DNA of 58,250 bases, filler included, from Sphacelaria rigidula (Eukaryota), in the NCBI GenBank assembly GCA_964200075.2. It is 8 parts of 8 records of this genome, joined end to end, with 100 filler letters (N's around TTAATTAATTAA, not from the genome) between each part and the next. Parts side by side here need not be neighbours in the genome. Positions count along the whole stretch, not along the records: positions 21,885 to 29,078 come from CAXNAA020016026.1; positions 29,179 to 36,371 come from CAXNAA020016027.1; positions 36,472 to 43,664 come from CAXNAA020016028.1; 5 more parts are not named here. One strand, given 5' to 3'. The notes below the pieces were generated by a model. The model was given only the letters and a program-made list of their open reading frames with translations. It had not been told where the DNA came from and did no database searches. Shown here in pieces: positions 25,901 to 37,796 of the stretch. The number at the start of each line of letters is the position of its first letter. Position 1 is the stretch's first letter. Both the position numbers and the translations under genes were made by a program.

Positions 25901-28506
25901 GTTGTCGGGGAAAGTGAAAAGCACATGGGGCACGCGCGTATGCTGATCGTTTTGCTCCGCAACATAGGTCCGAACGATTTCATGCACTCACTTGCACTGC
26001 TCGAGTCCGGTTCGACTTCATTGGGGTCTGATGTGGCTGATAATACAGTACACAGCTTGCGAGTGGGATCCTCACTCCAGCAGACTGTCCGCTCACCTTT
26101 ATCCAAGGTGCTTCGGCCGCCTGCCTCTCTTTCAGAGGTAAGTGCGCCACCGCACCAGCCTGAAGGGAGAGATACAGCGCTTTCCGCGCGACCTCCGTCG
26201 CACCCCAGCGGCTGCCGACTCCACCGTCCGACCTCCAGTCTACCACCGTCGGCCCTGCGTTCGCCGCCGATCTCTCTTCAGGCGGAGACATATCAGCAAG
26301 ACCTGCAACGTATGCCTCCTCGATCTCTTCTATTTCACCGCGGCGTCTTTCAGTCTGCGACAGAAGGAGTGATAACAGCGCAACACCGGGTGAGTGTACG
26401 GCATTTTGACACGTGCTGTTCTCGCGTGGTCATGAGTACCTTGAAAGTGCTTCTGAGGCGGATATATGGTGTGTAGGTTGTGACGAAGTTGGTAGGGTGC
26501 GTACACGCTACTCGCAGTAGCCAACCTCAACTCCACCTCCAAATGTGTTATGTGCACGTTACCGACTTTGCACGACGTGGAGGTTGTGGTATCCATTTCA
26601 AGTTCCTGCTCTGACCACGCGAGTAGCGCAAAACTCTAGGGGGGCGGGGGGGGGGGGGCACGGAGGTTTTTGTCCGGAGTATGTAGACTTGTGGGATATG
26701 TCTGCTGCTCAGTGAATATGGGAAGAGAGTTACATCAAAGCCTAGATCTGGGTGGCATAACTTCACGAGCAAGAGAGAAACGCTACACCTGCATAAAGGT
26801 TTAAACCTACAACAGCCGTGGTACACCAAGGAAACCGTCGTACTACTAGTCATCTGAGGGCATTCACTGAAGGATGATTCGTGTGCGAAGGTCAAGCTGA
26901 ACAACCACGCATTGACACAAATGTACTCGAAAGAACAAAATTCGTTTAGGCGGCCGCATGGACATATACAATGCCAAGCAAGTCTTCCTACATAGGAGCG
27001 GAACGCACCATATAATCTTCAAAGTGCTGTCTCTTCAGCGCCTCTCGTTGGGCATTTTTTTCTCTTATTTCCTCATCCCGCCCCAGCACAGCGGACAGAG
27101 TCTCGGCTTCTTCAGCGGGAAAGAGAGCGTCGTAGATCTGATTTTGGGAGCAGCACAAGGGGTAGCGATACAGACAGGCAATATTTGCTCATCGTGATCA
27201 CCGTGAGCCGCTAGCTTCTCCACACATCGGCGCTGTGAACAGGTTATCTTCTCAACGGCTGGCCGAGGGCTTCAACCGAATGGCCACGCTATGAGGATTA
27301 CTCAGCGGGTGTACCTGTGCGAACGCTCCGCCACTTGTTACTACGGTCGCATGTTTCTCTCCATCGATTGGTATTGGAAAGCTGTTATGTGTGTGTTGTC
27401 GTCCCATCTATTCTGGACGCCGGTCTACACCTTTCGGTATATGTGGGCGCACCAGCCGGGGTCACCCAGGAGGAAGGCCAAGACAGGTTTTGTTTTTCTT
27501 CATTTTTTTTGTTTGTTTTAACCCTCCAACTTATTCCTTCTGCGGTTCTTGCCTTCATTATTTATCGCGAGAGGGGTTCAGCAGTCCCTTTCCCTCGTCA
27601 ACCACTGAGTCGAACTTTGCGTACCCACGACATAGTCGTTCTTCACTGTTGAGTATTGTGTGAGAAAAAATCCCAGATTGCTCCGAGATTTGAACCTACG
27701 ACCCAACCATCAGAGGGTTTCGAGGTTACCAACTGAGCCACCGGGGCGACCGGCTGCTCCCAATATACGGAATTTGCCGACTGCTTTTGTCCGAAAGGCA
27801 AACAGAAATACGGCGGGGATCAAGTCGACGTCTGCCCGGCGCTGTCTCTTACCTCGCTGTATTGAACGCTTGTGGTCGGAGGATTCTGGACGTTCATGTC
27901 GCGGCTCCTCATTGTCATTTCTTCCCGAGTTGCTGGATCATCTGGGACGTCGCTTGCAACCGGCGCTAGCCCAGCATGTACTACACGCGGCAGGAGAGCA
28001 CGGTACGTAGGGAGGACACGTCTATTTGCGAAGATAGCACGGTCTAGGCAACAATAGAATGATAAAGCTCAGCTTTGGTGCAGGAACCCAAGATGAGCGT
28101 GTACGCCGTGCAGTTTCACACCTCCACCGAAGAGAACCCATCGTCTTTTTCACTCCCAGTTGTCGAGGGTTCGGGATAGGGGATAGGATCGGAGCTGTCG
28201 CCACTGTTAGCCAGCTTCGCCCTGCGGGCGCCATCGCCATAACAAGCACAGGAACAATGCACAACTATGGGTTCGAACTGACACGCTAGGGTAAACACGT
28301 CTCTACGAAACCTCCAACGATACTGTCACGTGCACCCGTCTACCTTTCGTTCCTGCAGACTTCAACCTTGCCACTTCGATCCTTCGGAACACAATGTCTG
28401 CCTCCACCTCCGTGAGCCTAACACCCTCCCCCATTACAAGCGCCCGGAAGTCGCCAAGGTCCATGAAACCACTTCCAGTAGCTTCGGTCGGGGGGGGCGG
28501 CAAGCT
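22992..28506 (-). CDS. Large multi-exon protein with IQ motif and Sfi1-like Trp repeats (partial, probably centriolar/flagellar)
   Basis: Phase-compatible GT-AG exons: 28506-28344, 27980-27853, 27137-27009, 26635-26537, 26354-26097, 25818-25387, 24810-24539, 23925-23794, 23363-23267, 23120-22992. IQ motif AAERIQAQWRG. Repeats AGAFRAW, KQFRRW, LYVWRRW, LLRHFRAW, VILRYW. First exon MDLGDFRALV..LTEVEADIVFRRI is EF-hand/p25-alpha-like. Neither gene end was found. Confidence 0.75.
25315..25376. repeat. 10-bp tandem repeat (CCYTACTGTR)x6, intronic
   Basis: Direct reading. Confidence 0.9.
27388..27748 (-). mobile_element. tRNA-derived SINE, copy 1 (intronic)
   Basis: Head CGCCCCGGTGGCTCAGTTGGTA (A box) and GGTTCAAATC (B box). 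Body shared with 29714-30029 and 46045-46620. CA-rich tail. Confidence 0.85.
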
Positions 28507-29078
28507 CTGCGTCGTCAGAGATTATCAGGATCGCAGAGGGGGTGATGCATCGGAGGTAGGGAGTACGGAAGGTGAAACGGAAAAAGTACATCGATACCTT
28601 AGTCTGCTTAGCACTGCCGTGCGTGAAAGTGATGAATAGCAGTACTCCGTGGCGTTATCTTGCGGAAGAGCATCGTGTCGTCGGTCATATTCCGGTACCC
28701 AGGTTCAAGTGTATGCCGTCGCGCCGTGCAGGTCAAACGTACACACATGATCAGTGGATTGAGTAGGTTTTGCAGCTACGAATTCGGATATTGAAGTCGT
28801 ATTTTGGAGTCAATAGTTTAGAGAGTCGAAACCGATAGCTATAAAAATGGTGAAATACGACTGTGTTCCATGAAAGTCAGAGAAATGCTGATCCAATGCT
28901 CGCTAATTTAGTGCAAGGGGGGGGTACCGGGAGAGGAGCGCGGGGGGGGTTGTACTGGTGATATTGCATGCCGTAGTCGAAAGACCATTGACGTCGCATC
29001 CCTACAAAGTCGAGGCGAAACGCGCCGGGTTTTTGCCGGACATAGCTCGTAATCAATCACTCGCCACCGGGAGTGGGG

Positions 29079-29178
29079 NNNNNNNNNNNNNNNNNNNNNN
29101 NNNNNNNNNNNNNNNNNNNNNNTTAATTAATTAANNNNNNNNNNNNNNNNNNNNNNNNNNNNNNNNNNNNNNNNNNNN
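29079..29178. other. Artificial contig spacer
   Basis: N44-TTAATTAATTAA-N44. Confidence 0.98.
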
Positions 29179-29205
29179 GACTCACTTAAAGCGAATGATC
29201 AAAGC

Positions 29206-29251
29206 CACTCTCAATCGTATCATCTACTCTCAATCTCACGAAAACACTGTT
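29206..29251 (+). repeat. Short fragment matching the 5' region of the LINE (21707-21752, opposite strand)
   Basis: CACTCTCAATCRTATCATCTACTCTCAATCTCACGAAAACACTGTT is present at both places. Confidence 0.75.
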
Positions 29252-29713
29252 TTTCTACTTTACGGTTGTACCTGGCGCCATATATTCGGCAAGATGGCTG
29301 TGCAATTTCAGAAAAACAACTCGTGCATATTATACGCGCTCTACCTTCGACATGTCCTCGTAATACAGGGAAGTGAAACCCGCTCATCCCTGAACCCTCA
29401 ATCGCTCCAAAGCCTTACCACGGAACGAACAAAATAGAATCATTATTACAACCCCAGGTAGGGAGAAACAGAGGGGCTAAAACGACGTTGTTCATTATGT
29501 GCAAATATGTGCTTGGGTATACGAAACACCCAAGTAGAGCGTGTTCTTGAGATAAATCAAGCAACCTGCTACGGTGCTGTCTATGGCGACACAAAATCTG
29601 AACCTTGAATGCTACTCTCAGGAGCATCACTAGACCCCCCCCCCTTGGTGGCCAACAGTTCCAGGTGCTTGTGTTTTGTTGCTGTACACAAGAACCAGGT
29701 AAAAACACTTGCG

Positions 29714-30029
29714 GTGTGTTGTGTGTTGTCATCCCGTCTTTTCTGGACGACGGTCTACACCTTTCGGTATATGCGGGCGCCCAGGAAGACCGACGCGGGA
29801 GTTTCATCTTCTTCTTCACCTTGTTTTTCCTACTTTTCATCGCGAGAGGAGTTCCGCAGCCCCTTTCCCTCGTCGATCATGCAGTCGAAGTTTGTGTACC
29901 CACGGCATAGTCGCTCTCCACTGTTGGCCATTGTGTGAGAAAAAAACCAAGATCGTGTAACTGCACCGAGATTCAAACCCGCGACCCAACCGTCAAAAGG
30001 TTTCGAGGTTACCGACTGAACCACCGGCG
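29714..30029 (-). mobile_element. tRNA-derived SINE, copy 2
   Basis: Head GCCGGTGGTTCAGTCGGTA..GGGTTTGAATC, with the same body and tail as copy 1. Confidence 0.85.
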
Positions 30030-32272
30030 CAGATTGCAGTGTTGTACTCTCGCTATTTCTAGCTTCGTATTGCGCACTTGACCATCTGAGTGCGTGCGCT
30101 TCACTCCCCCACCAACTCAGATATCGAACTTACACGCCCTCAAGACGGTTCGGCGCACGGGTAGTCATCAGGGTAGGATAACATCTCCCCTGCCCAGGTA
30201 GTCTCGGAATTGAGGAAAAGTATCCCCGGGTAAACTTTCCTTCCGATGCCCCAGCACGACTGTGCAGGAGTCATCCTACCCATCTGAGCTTCAGTCTTCA
30301 AGTTTCAGGTGCTCATTAGCGTGCGCAAGAACAAACCCGGCAGCTGAATTTGAGCTCTGCCAAAACGGAAATCTACCTGGAAAATCTCTTTTTGCGCCAC
30401 CCGTACCCGAGAATTTGAGAAAGAGCAATTCATTGTGCTAGAGTTCGGAGGTAGGAGTACAGTTGGACAAAGACCACCACATCAGATGTGCCGACCATGG
30501 AGTTGGGGACAAGTTGGGCATTCAAAGACTTCCTTCACCCAATCCGCATTTTCGGTGCTTCACGAGTATTTTCCTTCGACGACCCAAACAAATACCAACA
30601 GGGACATGAAGTACATACAGTAGTGAGCGGGCCACCTATTTAGGGGCGTTTTGGGGTTTTCCTCGCGTACTACTCTTCGATAGAACTCGACACTGCTACC
30701 GTCGGTAGATTATGGTACAGCAAAGCAGATCATTCTCAAAACACAGTGCACAAGTCAGTGTTACTTGGTGTAATCGGGCGAAGCAGGGTGTTGTTGACCG
30801 TGAAACACAGTTTCTTGACCCTAGTGCAATGAGTAGACAGAATTTCAAAAAAATAGTCTGTGCATTTCTTGACAAATATGATCGGGGAGGGCTCCATCGA
30901 CCGAAAATACAAGAGAGTAGTAATCTGGGCTGGAACGCGGCAGGACCCCCGATGACCGGTCAGCCCGTAAGTTACTCAATGTTGAGTACAGATGATTTTT
31001 TCTTCTTGGAATGTGGAGCGGATACAAACATCTCAAGATCCCCGATGTGATGGGCGGTGGCAAGCGAAAAGAGCTCAAGAAAATCGCCAATTCCGAAAAA
31101 ATCACAACATACCACAAAACGAATAGTGAGACCGCCCACTACTGTATGCAAATAATGATCCACATTTGAGGTCTTTGCCCGAGGAGAGGCGAGAACTTTA
31201 CTCCACAAATACGACACTATGTTGGTTTATTTTATTTTAGCCGAGAGTCGAGGCAAAAGCACTCGTGAGTGCCTTGGTGCTTCGTCTTGCCCAAGGATGC
31301 CACCGGGACGTGTCGAGTACACTCTATTGCCCACCTCTCCGCCGGAAAAACATAACGAAGGTTAGGGAGGCCAGGCTATCTCCTCGTGACGAGGGGCGAT
31401 GAAGAAAAAAAACGATTTTGTGCCTTGACTGAAGTGTCCACACCGTGCTCACAGTCGCGTGATTACAAACCACGTTCAACGTCGAGGTCTTCTCGGAGAA
31501 CACGAAATCTTGCAGCAATGCGGGGCCTCGTTCTACAAAGAGCCGAAGGCCGGGGTGTGATGGGGTTCTTCCTGCCCGCGGCAGTAGAGGTTACACCAGC
31601 ATGGCGCGAGTAAGAAGCGGTTCGATGTCGACTAGATTCCAGCAGAACCCGTCATACTTCGAACTTCTCAAGTATACAATCCCACGGCGCCGATTAGAGG
31701 CAAAACGAAGCACACTCTACCGATAGCACTCTATCCGTCTCTTTTGCCTGAGGGTTCTTGGTCCGCCCTCGGGTAAGCGCCAGGGTTTGATGAAAACAAG
31801 GTGTTGCGTCATTCATCGCTCGTTTCCGCCGAACCTGGGGGCACAGTGCGTCCGTGTGGCGGAAAGCCGCAAATCCACGGTGCTAGTACTTCCAGCGGAG
31901 TTGAATGTTACTACCACGCTCACGAGTGGCACGCGGTACACCCAAGTAGCATGCAGCGACCAGACACACGCGACTCAACTCTTGGACCGCGAGGGCAGTC
32001 CATCTGGATCATGCACACACTCTTCAGTGAAATCGATGCCGATCCAACAGATGACCTACTCTCGCCGTATAAGGGATGAAAGCGAGAGAAGCCGACATGC
32101 CACCACAGTGGTGGTGGTCCGACCGGTAATGAACAGAACAGGATTGTATTTTGTAGTACTGGATTCATGTACGTGAGTAAGAAAAGGATAGAAAACGGAA
32201 AATGGTCTTTCTAGGGGGTGCACGTTGCACCTGAACACGCAGGGGGACGAACTCAGAAAAAAAAAAGGTCAC

Positions 32273-32358
32273 CTTGAAACTTGCTCAGTGAAGTGTTCCC
32301 GCATTCGCAATATCTCGGCCCTGCCAGTCTGCTCCAGATCCTCCACACGCTTACGCCA
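32273..32358 (-). CDS. Possible isolated exon of a coiled-coil protein
   Basis: Bounded by CAG and GT; reads WRKRVEDLEQTGRAEILRMREHFTEQVS. No partner exons established. Confidence 0.25.
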
Positions 32359-33128
32359 CTGACACGAATGCATTCAGTGGCAAACAGAAATACGGTGGTC
32401 ACAGTTATTGACCGTTGACGCGATATGGGTGGGTGTTACTGCAGGCGCGCAAGCAAACGAGCATCAGGAGTAGTCCTGTCGAAGACACATCAAACGAACA
32501 CGGCCGATGTCGGAGTCGTGGGGTGAAGTGACCAATTGTGGGGGTGATGGACCCCCGGGGGGCAATGACGAGTACAATCTACGAGGACACGAGGCCTAAG
32601 CAAGAAGTTCAGAGGCAACACTGGAGCCACAAGGGAGATGTATCTCGCCCCAAAACTGGCCTGGCACGGAAATATTTTGTAGACGTGATCGATCGATCAA
32701 TCCAGCCAAGATTCATCAAAGCATATCCCAAAAAGATTCGGTCATCAGGAACAAAACTAGCCTGATGGCATGGATGACATCGGGTAACATCAACATTCTA
32801 GTACTGTATTTCACTCTTGTTTTGCTTTGGGTACGTCCATCACGTGACCATTCGGTTGGATCTCTGAGGGTTAGACCGCGATGACGGTAGTCCATCTGGA
32901 TCACGCATAGTTTTTCAAGTTAACTTTGATGCCGGTTCTGTAGGTGAACTACCCTCGCGGACAAACGGTTCGAGTGCGACAATTGAATTAATCATCTTAC
33001 GGTTGGAGAGTGATCATTTTCTCTCCAAGGGTTGACCCGTGCAAAATCCAAGATGAAGACGTGTTTCCATGTGCCATGCCATCTAGTCGTGAGTGGCACG
33101 GGACTTTTCTTCCCATCGTGTAATCTTG

Positions 33129-33850
33129 GACCCCTCATGAAGGACACGTTGGGCGGCGGAGCTGAAGTTTTGCGCAAGAGAAGCCCGCCGTTGGAGGTCC
33201 TCCCGCGCCGCCGCATGCCCCTCCGCGAGGAGGCGTGCGGCGGCGTCGGCCTCACGTTGCTCGGCCTAGATATCCTTGGCCAAGGCTAGCCCTTCCTAGG
33301 TAGTCCGCAATGAGCTGGACTTGTTCCGAGCGGGGGCGGTTCCCAAGAAGCCTTGGGGAGGAGCCCCGTAGGACAGTGCTCGTCGCCGAGATGGATCCGG
33401 ATCATACCGAGGGGAAAGCAGGTTCAATACTGCTCGCTGATTTGGGAAGGCGTCTGATAGGCTGCTAGTTGAACTGGTCGTGTTACTACAAAAATAACAC
33501 CAGTTTAACTAGTAACCCACGAGACGCCTTTCCAAATCAGCGAGCGGTATTGGGCTCGCTTTCCCCTTGGTACGATCCGGATCAATCTCGGCGACGTGCA
33601 CTGCCGCACCGAGCTCCTCCTGAGGCTTGTCACGAACCGCCCCCGCTCGGAACAAGTTCAGCTCATTGCGGACTACGCCCAGGAAGTGCCAGCCTTGGCC
33701 GAGAATATCTTGGCCAAGCAACGTGAGGCCGACGCCTACGCCGCACGCCTCCTCGCGGAGGAGCATGCGGAGGCGCAGAAGAACCTCCATCGGCGGACTT
33801 CGCTTGCACAAAATTCCAGCCGCCGCCCAACGTTGTCTTCATGGGGGGTC
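33129..33850. repeat. Large imperfect palindrome (arms about 355 bp, loop about 9 nt at 33486-33494)
   Basis: For example CCGCAATGAGCTGGACTTGTTCCGAGCGGGGGCGGTTC versus GAACCGCCCCCGCTCGGAACAAGTTCAGCTCATTGCGG. Mirror-image ORF translations appear on the two strands. Confidence 0.92.
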
Positions 33851-35306
33851 TTAAATGCGACGACTTCGACCTCGACGGCTCCATGAAGTATCACGGCAGA
33901 AAAGAAAAAAAAAATCTGACGTTACTGCTTTTTTAATCGACGCCCCCAGCTCCGTACAATCTTGATCCACCTTGGGGTGTTTATCCCTGTCTACCCAAGA
34001 CGGTCACTTACGAAATCGCCAATGATGAGTCTAACCCGTGCCACACCTGGGAGTAATATACCATTTACCGCCTCCTCCGGTGAGAAATCTGACCCACCCG
34101 CGGATTACTCGCCGTCCGTTTTTGCTGTCAGCCCCCCCAAGCCTGACCAACTTACCTTGCCGGAAAATGGTCCGGATCTTGTCGGCGGTATAGTGTCTGT
34201 GGATCCGGCCACTTTCCCTACACGCGTTATCGAAGCAGTTTATGCTTCCCATTTTTTTAGGTGTGGGAGTCGGTACGGGAGTGTTTCCTAAGGCGTACCA
34301 CATTAGCCCCTCGTGTTTAGATCGCTGCCGTCAAGACGCCAATATAAGACACAGTGAGTGTGACTTATCCTACCCGGACGGTGAGTGGGTGTTGGTTGTA
34401 GTTTCTCACACGGTGAGAGGGTACGGAGTGTGCGGAGCCGTGACGTGGACTTGAACAGGACGGACTTTGCAAGCCGGTTTGAGTTGAGGTACAGAATAAC
34501 GGAGTAGGGGATGCGCCCACGAGGAAGCATCCCGACATGGGAGAATGACGCTCCCAGACTAGGGATTGGATTATGACAGTCCAAGGGTGACAGACCCGGG
34601 AAGAGAGTCCGGGTTGACGAGCCCGGGGTTATTAGTAAGCGGGTTGGGTCATACAGAGGTCATAATAACAACTTCAAGAGTAAATAAAAACCGTGGTTTT
34701 CGCTGCTTTTGAGGATACATCCCAGTAGCTGTAATAAAAGGTTCGTCTGGGTGGGTGGGTTAGTGTCATGAGGAGTATAGTAGCCTGCTGTCATGCCGCG
34801 ATAGGCCCGGCCATGTATTGCCTTGTAGGTTATTCCAAGACTGCAGGTCTGTTCAGAGTTGGTCAGATACGAGTATGAAGTTGAACTTAGCAGATGGTGA
34901 CGCGTGGTGGATGACCGCCCTTGGCGGTCAGTACTCCACATCCCCAAGTCAAGTCCAACATCACGGTGAAACTGATTGATTGAGCGTGAGGGATTAGATA
35001 CGAACAAGATTCAAAATCACGTAATCGAGAAGAGATATGATAATACCTACCTACGCTTCAACATTCTGATACCTTTAGACACATATATACGAGAGTGGTG
35101 CCCAGCGCTGCAGGGTGCTTGTGCCTACGCCTCGGTTCGCATAACAACTCAAGACTAGCGTACATGTCCGAACCTCAAACCGATGGCACACATGCACGAT
35201 CGATCGAGAGACATCCGCCTCACGGATAAGAGCGTTCCGACAGTAGCGTGAGATGGATTAAACCGAAAGGGTCTGTCTCGGGGACATGTGTCGCACCAAG
35301 GACTCA

Positions 35307-36113
35307 GGCTGTGTCTCATCAATTGTTTTCGACTTGAACGAGTTCGTGCGGCGGAATTGATTTAGTTCGCTTTGCTGTGTGTAGGTCCGAGAGAATTTAC
35401 ACGCTTTGGGTCGAAAAGGCTGGACGAAATTCGTGGAGCGGTACTTGTTTACTTGTATTCAATGCAGACAACAGTACATGCTGGCTGTGCATGGTGTGTT
35501 TCGTACAGCGTGCAGGCGCGATGTGGAAAAGAAGTTAGCAACGTGATATACGGACACGAGAGCTGTCTGTACTTTGCATACAGGAGGATGCGAAGATTTG
35601 AGTCACGCGCAGTTTTGCACTGCCTCTACTGTCCATGAGCTTGTTCCCAATTCGGTAACATGCAACTTCGTCAGTGGATCCCACCAAAAAATTGGATGCC
35701 CAAGTTTTCGCCAACAAAACAGAAACGCATCATGCCGAGAGGGTTGTGGTGTCGGTTCCCTCTCACTGCAGTGTATGTATCCCCGTGCTCAGCTCGTGAT
35801 CTATGCTACAGGGTTGAGTTGGTAGCTGCGAATGAACCATGTGGGTTTTGCACAGTTCCGTGAAAGGGTGGTATCTGGCATGTTTGTCTGCAACACTGGA
35901 GTCATGCGCCCCTTCGTTTATTTCCGCCGCTCGTTTCGTTCGACAAGGCCAAGTAGTTTTGCTTTTGACCCTGCCCGTCGCGCACAAATGATTAAAAAAT
36001 GGACTTTAAGCCATCTGAGAACATGAAGGCCATGGACGTATCTGATACGGTCTCGTAGGGACCGACTCGATTCGACCGCATGTTGATTTTTTTTTTTTAA
36101 ATAAGACAGGGCC
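35307..36113. mobile_element. Probable longer non-autonomous PIF/Harbinger element related to the 39042 MITE
   Basis: TCA|GGCTGTGTCTCATCAATT ... AAATAAGACAGGGCC|TTA. Subterminal CGATTCGACCGCA is shared with the MITE. Confidence 0.55.
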
Positions 36114-36371
36114 TTAGTAAGCGTAGACAAACAGCCAGTATTCTTTCATCGTGCTCAAGGCGGGAGGCCCTTCCACACCAGCAATGAGCTTCCCTACGTC
36201 GAATCAACAAATACACAGTCCTGCTTCAGAACCACAAATGTATTCATCACGTGGCACGCTTTCCTTGAAATACGCTTCCTACCCCCCCGCCCCCCCCCCC
36301 CTCCCCCCTCTCGAAAGGGAAGCGTGGACCATAGTCAAAACACAAAACCAAGAAACAAATGAAAAAAGACC

Positions 36372-36471
36372 NNNNNNNNNNNNNNNNNNNNNNNNNNNNN
36401 NNNNNNNNNNNNNNNTTAATTAATTAANNNNNNNNNNNNNNNNNNNNNNNNNNNNNNNNNNNNNNNNNNNN
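36372..36471. other. Artificial contig spacer
   Basis: N44-TTAATTAATTAA-N44. Confidence 0.98.
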
Positions 36472-36691
36472 ATCACCGGTTCTCACCTCAAACGCTGTCG
36501 CGCGGGCCGATTTTTTTTTTTCCCCTCGTGAGTTGAGGGCAATAATCAGCATCTTGATATCAGGAAAACACCGTTAACTCACGAACAGAAAAAACTCTGC
36601 GTCTCTCGCGGCAGCGTTTTAGCATGCCCTATTCTTCCTCCCTACCAGATTTCGACGTCCAACTCGCAAAATTGAGGTGAGAACCGGTGAT
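36472..36691. mobile_element. MITE with perfect 20-bp inverted repeat
   Basis: ATCACCGGTTCTCACCTCAA ... TTGAGGTGAGAACCGGTGAT. Confidence 0.75.
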
Positions 36692-37491
36692 CTTGAAACC
36701 GCGCCGGGCGAAATTCGGAACAACATTTTCAAGGCCGTTTACCGGCCCAGGTCTGGTACTTGTGCCTTGAATCTTTGTGTGGGACTTCGCTAGGTGATAA
36801 CCGACCTAAAAAAGTGGGAAAGGTTGATATATATTAACATATTCACTTGCTTAGGACGCTTTAGTCTAGTGAAGACCATATTTTCACGAGAAGGCTCGTA
36901 CCTCTCCAAAAGAAGAGAAAAGGAAGGGCCCATTTTTTGTTTTCTTCGACATGCCTTTGCAATTCTTCATGAAAGTTTGCAATTCAATTGTTGAAATCAA
37001 GCTGAGAAAGTGAGATCAGTTTCACTGCCGGGTCTGCAAACCACAAGATCGCGTCTTGGCCGGCTCAGCCTGTAATATGTTGCCACGCCTGGATTGTTCG
37101 TCATGACCATTTGTTTATTTCGTTTAGACGCGGCCTAAGGAATCGGTTGAGATATCCCTAATACGCATGATCATATCGTCAAATCGACAAGAATCTATTT
37201 TGACATCCCTTCCCTAACGTCATGCTCTTCTGCGCGACGGACATGAGGCCTCTCTCTTTTCGGCCGACGTCGTCTTATTCCTTAGATGGGCCGCAGCGCC
37301 GCATCTAAGAAAGTGATCTTTGCTGTAATTTCCTGTCGCGACAGACGGCAGACACACCTCCTGTATTTTCTGCTCACTGTTAGGCTTTCAGTCTACGCAC
37401 CCTCCGTGACCCATGTGAGGGGCCCATTAAACCACCCCTACTCGGTTGGCATTGTAGGTATACACCCCTGCAGACTCTTTCAAATCGAGAC

Positions 37492-37796
37492 GACCTGAGG
37501 AAATGTACGTAAACAAGGGTTGGTACTATGGAGATGCCGCCAATTATAACCCTAACCCTAACCCCGACCAAGGCACAGCGAGAACCCTCGGGCAAGGGGG
37601 TGCAGAGTGACGCGTTGCCACAGCTCAAATCGGCGCCCCTCGGCCGATTTTGGACCAAAACACGTTCTGGAGGAGCTGGGTCTACTGCTCACCACTGCTC
37701 ACCTGCCCTAGACCATGATTTTTCTCAGAACTTTTTTGAGTCTGACCTCAAGAAAAATCGAGTACCAACCATTGTTTACGTACATTTCCTTAGGTC
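37492..37796 (+). mobile_element. Inverted-repeat element with internal (TAACCC)3, copy 1
   Basis: 36-bp inverted repeats at 37492-37527 and 37761-37796 (2 mismatches). TAACCC x3 at 37547-37564. Homologous to 40276-40803. Confidence 0.75.

Noticed and set aside
28120..28222. Extra candidate exon of the Sfi1-like gene
   Set aside because: Its phases do not fit the neighbours, which splice directly in phase 1.
34660..35062. Possible solo LTR ending in CAACA
   Set aside because: No matching TG start with a TSD could be identified.
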